Below are positions 55,842 to 64,000 of a DNA stretch of 64,000 nucleotides, one piece after another (the stretch's first letter is position 1; each line of letters begins with the position of its first letter). The translations under genes and the position numbers were made by a program. The stretch is from Octopus sinensis (lineage: Eukaryota). The notes under the pieces are model-generated. The model was not told where the DNA came from and made no database searches. It worked only from the letters and a program-made list of their open reading frames with translations. The DNA lies in NCBI RefSeq assembly GCF_006345805.1, contig NC_043004.1, positions 23,622,001-23,686,000 on the forward strand, given 5' to 3'.

Positions 55842-56993
55842 GGCAATTCAATCTCAGTCCAGTTATAAATACCTGGGAATACTTGAGGTAGATAGAATCA
55901 AACTCCACGACATGAAGGAAATGACAAAAGAGAGTACCTGCGACAAGTGAGAAACATAATTTCGGCAATAAACTCGTGTGCAGTCGCAGTTGTTTGGTAT
56001 GGTGCTGGAAACCTTAAGCGGACAGAAGAAGAAATTATAGGAGATGGACAGGAAGACAAGAAAGCTCCTAACGATGCATGGAGCCCATCATCGACGTGAA
56101 GACACTGATCGCCTATACGTGAAGAGAGCAAATGGAGGAAGGGGATTGATAAACGTGGAAGACTCCGTGCGTATCGAACTCGTGAGTTTAATGAAGAAAG
56201 TATTAGATAGCTGAAAAGAACGAATAGCATGGTTCTGTAGGCTGTAGATAGTAAGCCCTCTGCTCATGCAAGACTCCAAGATCTTCAGCATGTGGTAAAG
56301 ATAATAATGATGATGATGATGATGATGATGACGATGGCGACTTTTGATTTAGGTACAAGGACATATATTATGGAGAGAGGGGCGGAAAGCAGTAGACAAC
56401 ATCGACCCCGATAATTACCAGGTACTTTATTTTATCGAGCACAAAGGGAAGAAAGTCAAAGTCGACCTCAACGGGATTTAAAGGTAAAGAGGTGGAGCAT
56501 ATACCGCAAAGCATTTTTTCAACACTAACGGTTCTGCCTATTAATGTTTCCTGATTTAGGCACAACTTTAGTAATTTTAAGGTGTTGGGTAGGTTGATAG
56601 GTGCCATCCACCCAGCACTGGATTGACACTTTATTTTATCGTATCCGAAAGGATGAAACGGAAAGCTGACTTCAGCTGGATTTGAACTCAGAATACAAAA
56701 TCCCGAAAGAAGTACTGCAAGGCATTTTTCAGACCTGAAATTTTGGGGTAGGAGACTAGTCGATTACATCGACCCCAGAGCTCAGCTGGTACTTATTTTA
56801 TCGATCTTAGGAGGGGGAAAGGTAAAGTCGACCATGGCGAAATTTGAACTCAGGACGTAAAAACAAACGATTTGCCACTAAGCATTTCGCCCGGCGTACT
56901 AACGATTGTGCCAGCTCGCCGCCTTAATAATAATAATAATAATAAGAAGAAGAAGAAGAAGAAGAACAACAACAACAACAACAATAATAATAA

Positions 56994-57024
<31 letters not shown>

Positions 57025-57925
57025 ATGTAAGTAAAATAATGAAAATAGGCCCTGAGTCTAAATTCAGAATGTACAGCCAGCACCACAAGACAGATGACCA
57101 CATCATCTCTAGCTGTCCAATCCTTACTGAAACTGAATATATATGCAGACACGACCAAGTAAATAGTTATAGCCACGGGACAATATGACAACGCAACAAT
57201 ATTAAAGCTGACATTAGATGGTATAAGCATGAGCGAAGCAACGTACAAGAAAATTACTAGGTCACAATCATCTGGGATATGCCGGTTCATAACGAGAAAA
57301 TAATAAAAGCTAATTGCTAATGCATAATAATCAAAGATTGGAAAAAACACCTGCAGGCATTGCCGTCCCTTCTGATAAAAATATTGTCCAAAAAAGAAGT
57401 GGAGAAATTGTCAAAGTACAAAAACCTCGGAGTTGAAGTATCCAAGATGTGGGGCATGAAGGTGAAAACAATATCAATAACGATTGGAGCAATGGGCATG
57501 ATAAAAAAATATATGAACAAAAACATAGAAGCTATAATTGGACCCTCAACACTACACACTATCCAAAAAATAGCCCTGCTAGAAGCATCCCACATCCTAT
57601 ACAAGTCACTATCAATTTAATAATACAACCTAAACAAAGCAATCCACAAACACAAGAACATTCTATACGGCAATTAACCAATGAAATAATCTTCCACCAG
57701 AAATCTCATTAACCAACGCATCACGCAAGTCAACACACAATACAAACAGTAATACAACAAAAAACTGCAACACAGCTCCAAAGAGAAAAGCCTGACGCAC
57801 TACAATACCGGGAGGAGATTGAACACTTCCAACAACAGAAAAGAATACAAAATGCTGCATCCCACCCCAGCAATACGGAGCTGTAGCAGGTGATACAGTA
57901 AAAACTTTGCCTGAAACCACCAAAT
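55841..57925 (+). mobile_element. R4/Dong-like RLE-type LINE remnant interrupted by SINEs
   Basis: SYKYLGILE; DRKTRKLLTMHG; DRLYVKRANGGRGLINVED; zinc-knuckle-like HIISSCPIL..Y..RHDQV; nuclease-like AVPSDKNI..KEVEKLSKY..L..EV..MWG ending at 57620; CA-rich 3'UTR. Confidence 0.85.
56340..56925 (-). mobile_element. Three tandem SINE family B copies nested in the LINE
   Basis: Three ttttatcg..gaaagg(c/t)aaagtcgacc units, the last ending cagctcgccgcc. Confidence 0.8.
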
Positions 57926-58499
57926 GTTGAACAACAACAATAAATGATGCTGGTGATAATGATGATGATGATGAGGATGATGAAGACGACGATGTATAAC
58001 TTCAGAAAAACAAAGACAAATGCGATGATATTGTATCTATGAAAGTGGAACGCAATTATTGACATCGTTGTAGTATTTTTCTTAGTTGAATGCTGAACTA
58101 TGGATAACCCATTGACATTCACTTTCAACTGTAAGACTTTAAGAAACGGAATAATACTAATATATAGACAAAAACTGAGAATTGTTGAGAAAACGTGGAA
58201 GAGCCATTCACAGATTTCGTTCTTTTGTTGGGTGAAATACTTTTAGATAAAGAAGAAAGATAATCTAACAATATACATGGTTCGAAAATTGTTGAACTTT
58301 AGGAGTTTATCATTAAAATTTTTAGAGAGTGACTCATTGTTTGCTATTGTTCTCAGTAGTGAGGTTTAGCCCTAGGTCAATGCTGACAGGTTTACTATAA
58401 AAGGCGTTCCAATCATGACTATTCGTCTTTTTAGAGGAATGTCTACGACTGTTCAATGTCATTTTCGCATTTAAGAACGATCTATTTTGAAGAAGATAT

Positions 58500-58960
58500 T
58501 CCTTTATTCTTGTACTAGCTTCAGTCATTTGACTGCGGTTATACTGAAGCACCGCACAGACTCCCTTCCCCACCCACTCATACATACACACACACGCATG
58601 CATGCACACACACACGCACACACGCAGTGATGTGATAACAGGGATATCAGTCCACATCTTTAATCTTTTACTTGTTCCCGTTATTAGAATGCAGCCATGC
58701 TGGGGCACCGCCTTGAAAAGTTTTATTCGAACGAATTCTGTCGGTCGAACTACTGCGTTCAGGACGTAAGCAAGCCAACACTGGTTGTCGTGCAGTGATG
58801 GAAGATAAACACAGATACAGTTACACACTCACACACACACACTAATATATACGATGGGATTCTTTCAGTTTCCGTCTACGAAATCCATCCATAATGCTTT
58901 GATCGACCTGTGGTTATAGTAGAAGACATATACTCAACGTGCCACGCAGTGGAACTGAAC
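58500..58960 (-). mobile_element. Rearranged, diverged SINE family A
   Basis: cttcagtcatttgactgcgg..., ttctttcagtttccgtctac...gccacgcagtggaactgaacc. Confidence 0.7.
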
Positions 58961-58996
58961 CCGGGCTTGTTACCACCGATTGGTAAGACGTTTGCT

Positions 58997-59070
<74 letters not shown>
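58997..59070. repeat. (GA)n microsatellite
   Basis: Direct reading. Confidence 0.95.
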
Positions 59071-59073
<3 letters not shown>

Positions 59074-59877
59074 ATTCAGTTTGTCTCTATAAATGGAAAC
59101 AAGCCTGGTATTTAGTAGCAAATATATCAAAGTGAGTTACTTTATTAACAATGAATAATTTCTCATGACGAAAGCACCAAAGCTCCCATCACGTTTCCGC
59201 CATCCTCTTTATTTAAATGAAGCCATTAAAAGGAACTTGTAACATCATATCTTCTTTATACATTATTTTCATCTATGTTACAAGTAAACCCTACAGCACT
59301 TTATGTGTACACTACAAACCATCGATCACATGATCACACATACAGATGTGTGTATGTGTGAGTGTGTGCGTGGATGTGTGTGCGCGCGCGTGCGTGTGCG
59401 CGTGTGCAGAAAGAAACAGAGAAAAGAAAGAGAGATAGAGACGGAGAACTGTTTGCATTGGCGAGTCAGCGTCAACAAGCGGTAATTCTGAGAAACAAAC
59501 TTAAGTCACGCAGAGATGTCTTTTAAGCTTTCTGTATATCTTACCATAGCAAACAATTTATATAAATTTTACAAATGTCCTCACTTTGTTTCGTGTTAAA
59601 AAAAGACAAGAAATCAAATAGATTTATTATTAGTAACCATAGTGATTTGAAGTTCAAATTTGTATGTTTTGTCATCGCCATTACTTTATTTGTTCTCAAA
59701 TATACCTCATTTTTGTGGTCTGTTAAAACCTCCCACAACATGGCACTCAGATGGTTATTTATTTTCTACTGTCAGACACTTCTATTTTATCAGTTTCACG
59801 TATCACTGCCTTTTTCTGCCTCGTATTTATACATTTACGATGCGCAAATTATCTGGAACAAATCTCTAGGATGGCAC

Positions 59878-60050
59878 AGAAGTAGGCGTGTGGTACGAAG
59901 CATGCTCTTCAACAGCAGAGTTCTGGATTCAATTCCATTGTGTGGAAGCTTGAGTAAGTGTTTTTCCTACTATAGCCTGGGGCTGACCAAAGCCTTGTGA
60001 GTGGCTTTGGTAGACAGAACTTGAAGAAACCCGTCCTACATTTATATATA
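59878..60050 (+). mobile_element. SINE family A 5' half, diverged
   Basis: caaagccttgtgagtggctttggtagac. Confidence 0.75.
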
Positions 60051-60215
60051 TATATATATATATATTTATAATAATAAGGGTCTTTGCAACAAGTTGCTCG
60101 ACCACATACCGACAATTTTAGAAATAGCAGCCAGAGGACTGCTATTTCCTTTTACTACAAAAATATGTCTCCACAGACAACAATATTTGCACCTCATATA
60201 TGGCAAAAAAAGAAG

Positions 60216-60280
<65 letters not shown>

Positions 60281-60346
60281 TGTATGTATGTATGTATGTA
60301 TATATAGGCGCAGGAGTGGCAGTGTGGTAAGTCGCTTGCTTACCAA

Positions 60347-60396
<50 letters not shown>

Positions 60397-60585
60397 GTAT
60401 ATAGGGTATCGAAGAGATACCTCCACGCTGGAAATAGTTGCCAAAACTTGACTCTAATACCTTAAAGTATAATTTTAATAATAATTATTACCTTTGAAGG
60501 TTTTTTATTCCCATGCTGGCCACTTGATAAGATCGATAGTTAAATTAACGATTTTATCATTATATATAGATATATATATATGTAT

Positions 60586-60663
<78 letters not shown>

Positions 60664-60749
60664 AACAAAGGATCAAAGTTCCTTTCTGAGGCGTAGGTTC
60701 ACATTGCTGGTGTTCTGTATTTTGTGACTAATATATTCCTTCCTTGATG

Positions 60750-60915
60750 GCACACCGATCCGTCGCAGGATTACTCATTCTTGCCAACTAAGTGGATTGG
60801 AGCAACGTGAAGTTAAATACTTTGCTTAAGAGCATTGCCCATCATCTTGTCCAAGAATAGAAACTACAATCTTACGATCATCAGTGTAACACCGTAAGCA
60901 CTAAGCCATGCACCT
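60750..60915 (-). mobile_element. SINE family C, diverged
   Basis: gagtggattggagcaacgtgaag-like core; ends ctaagccatgcacctc. Confidence 0.7.
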
Positions 60916-61119
60916 CTGCACCTAGAGAGATTCTTGTATGAGTATATCATATTTGTGTGTACAAGGACACACACACACATATATACATACACACAAAAGA
61001 TATATATATATAAATATGTATATATAATGTAAATTCCTTTGCGGGAAGCGTTTTTGAATAGGCGCATAAAAGCGCCTATGTTACTAGATAGATAGATAGA
61101 TTGATAGACAACTAAATAA

Positions 61120-61189
<70 letters not shown>

Positions 61190-62249
61190 GCATGTATGTA
61201 TGTATATACGTATGTAAGTATTATATGCATGTAGTAAATAAACTAATCAAATAGAGTAAACCAAAGTTTTATTTTCCGCCGAAATAGAAGTTATTGTTCG
61301 TATTTATTTCTCATGGAAACTTATATATTTGAACCTAAACGCACCTCTAATATCTATGGTATCTTTTCAACACGTTCGCTTGTCGCTTCACCACTCAAAG
61401 TCATATGTTTATGTACGTTTTTGTGAATGTATGCCAGTATGTTTGTGAGTGTGTGTGTGTACTTGTGTGCGTGTGTTTTTTAGAAGCTCACTGTATGTCT
61501 TCTTTGCATTTCAGTTTGGATTATATACCTCCTTGTTTATATTCGCGAATATTTCAGGATTTATGACCAAAGGCTGGTACTGTAACAGTGAAGTTAAAAA
61601 AAAAAACATACAGAAGGAAAAGAAATTTAATGCTGCTACACACAAAAATTTTGAATCTTCCTCAGTTAGTAAAAATGAAGAAAAATTGGCACTATGTATT
61701 GTTATATTATTCTATATCAAAGACCCTATAAAGTTTTATAAAATATTTTTAATTAACGCATGATATTGTGTATCTGAGGTAGTGCTAATGTTATTAAAGA
61801 TAGTAAAACGACCCACAGCCATTAAATGTTACGAAGTTCTCCCTGGAGAATGTTCTATTGACATTATTTATGGAATTGATTAATTGACAAACATATAAAG
61901 TATATCTTTGTGACATTCAAAATCTTGAGAGTTTATATTTGCCGAAAGCGTAACGGAAAAAATATATAAGTTAACATGAAATCACTATGTTGAATGTTTT
62001 TAAAAATATAGTGAAACAAAATTGATATTAGAAATTTCAATGCTCTTGAAAAGTATTTTCAATGTTTATACAATATTTCTAAAGGTTCCATTAATATTTT
62101 ATTTTAGCAGAAAATATATGCGCAAAATTCATGGTTTGGATGGGTTTCTGTTAATCTAGAATGAATATGAAGCGATGAAAGAACTAGTAGACTATCAAAG
62201 TTGGCGATTTACTAAAAACAACTTAGAAAGAATCGGGGTTGGTATAGTG

Positions 62250-63525
62250 CATGCAATCTCGAACTACCAAACAATGTGAATGATATAGACACAAAGTATA
62301 CATAGTTCTGATTCACTGTGGACCGAGAACACAGAAGACCACAGTTAACGCAGACCTTGATTACCGAGCTACAAAACAATAGCATTTACAAGTTAATGTT
62401 ACAACTTTAAAGACTTGTTTAGCCTCTGGTGAAACGTGATCCGGCAAACCTATGACAAAAAGCATTCCAGCCATGACACGCCTATCTCCAGTTTTCACAA
62501 CGATACAAAACAAGGTTGTATGACTGACACTGCACAAATCCGCATTTTTCTCACCGTGATGCTGAAGCCCGATTTCGGAAGTTCAGCTGGTGACGTTTAT
62601 CTTCGTAGAAGAACAGACAAGAAGCTACACGATATATGTCGACAGAGGGTGTAAAGCAAACTACATAAAGTTGCTTGCAGATATCATGACACTGGCAACA
62701 CAATCGGGGAAACATAACAACTTCGCACGTGTCTCGCAAGACTTCAGTTCCACCTGTAGCTTCACTGTAGTATTATGTCAAGGTATTGAGCGTTTCGTAT
62801 CGTTAACTTCAACAATTGTGAACTACAGATAGTCCACAAGATCGTACAATTTCAGAACTAAGGACATTCTCTCCCTGATGTTTGAGATCAACCGGTATGC
62901 TGGAAGAGCCGTCTCAACACTTGAACGGTCAGGCTGACAAAGTCTTGGAGAAAAGCAAGTTAATACAAACGTCATCTGAGTTTCTAGCGCATATTTTGCC
63001 AGCAGCGTGAGCTGGAGCCTGTTTTACAGAGAAGAATGGCATCTCAGTGCCTACTATTTTGGCAACTAGTGACGCATTCTAGACATCAAGTGGCCTGGCA
63101 TAACAATGAGATCCAATCTCACAGCCAGATAATCACTGCTCCAGTAACGTCTCCGCTGGCTCGGCCACATGTAAAGCATGCTAAACGGCAGGATCTCGAA
63201 AGCCTTGCTGTATATGAAGATGACCGCTATATAAAAAAGATCACAAGGTAACCCTACTTTATTTTCAAAGAAATCGGCAAGAGATGGATGAAGTAACTGG
63301 ACATAAACGTCGAAATGTGGGAATACATTAAGTAAACGTTGAAACTGACAAGGGACTTTAAAAAATTGGATTAACGGAAGAAGAAACTGAGATTTACTGG
63401 TGGAGTAAAGGCGTTCGACGAAACAAAATAGTACTAGGAAAACACTAGCAGAGAACGATTTCAAATTCGGTTGCTACAGCTTTGACCGTTACTCATATGG
63501 GTTATTACACTCATAGCGGACACTG
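62250..63525 (+). mobile_element. Old RTE/BovB-type LINE remnant, RT to C-terminus
   Basis: DTKQGCM..IFLTVML...DVYLRRRTDKKL; LLADIMTLAT (FADD-like); terminal SHMGYYTHSGHC similar to the BovB SRIGLxSHxRxC end; many stops and frameshifts. Confidence 0.75.
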
Positions 63526-64000
63526 CTTTGTCAACAAAATCTAAAACAAGACTCTCTAGGTAAAGTCCATGACATTAAGTTACTAACATATGCTCCAGTC
63601 TTTGATGTAGACATTCTGGAAAAATCTTTTTCTCTACCCGGGAGCCTACGTCAAATATTTGCTTAAATCATCCTTGTGCCTCATATTAGCACACCATTCA
63701 ACAACATGGATAGTCCCTCCGACGGCCTTCCAAAGATATATCGGCAACCAAATTTCATTCAAAAGGCATAAGTGGGTTCGTGTCTATGACACTTGCCAAA
63801 AATACTGCTTAATGATACCGAACTTGAAATTTTGTAATTGCAAAGCGAACTTCGTAACCACAGGATCATACCTGAATTGTGAAAGGAGGTAAGTCATTCA
63901 ATAAATTTCAGTGTAAATTTATTGAAAAATATAATCAAGAAATCGCGGGCAAATTATTTTCATGTCATAATTAAGGAAATCATTAAAATTATTGCAGAGA

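Noticed and set aside
61548-61690. Possible exon after atatttcag/ (GFMTKGWYCNSEV...)
   Set aside because: Acceptor is plausible but the donor is weak, the frame crosses an A-run and no homology was recognised.

Overview
Repeat-rich eukaryotic DNA, most likely intronic or intergenic octopus sequence. The species is inferred from the SINE families and the very high (AT)n/(CA)n/(TATG)n/(TATC)n density; I could not run a search. Almost all ORF-track hits are microsatellite or SINE artefacts, and no intact gene was found. One unidentified candidate exon lies at 13166-13264 and a weak duplicated micro-exon candidate at 15176-15211/16714-16749. The window holds about 40 tRNA-type SINE copies of three families, four decayed or deleted mariner elements, a Chapaev3-like DNA transposon remnant, RTE, R4/Dong-like and CR1-like LINE remnants, a decayed 28S rRNA fragment, and a near-identical 1.54 kb tandem duplication with an older paralogous block. 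The most interesting signal is a set of small elements beside (AT)n tracts, often built as fold-back palindromes. Four of them carry minimal type I hammerhead ribozyme motifs with a self-complementary stem III: two canonical cores, one with a compensatory G3:C8 swap and one with an A6U change. This resembles Penelope-like pseudo-LTR or retrozyme-like non-autonomous retroelements. One insertion has a filled-versus-empty site pair inside the window.
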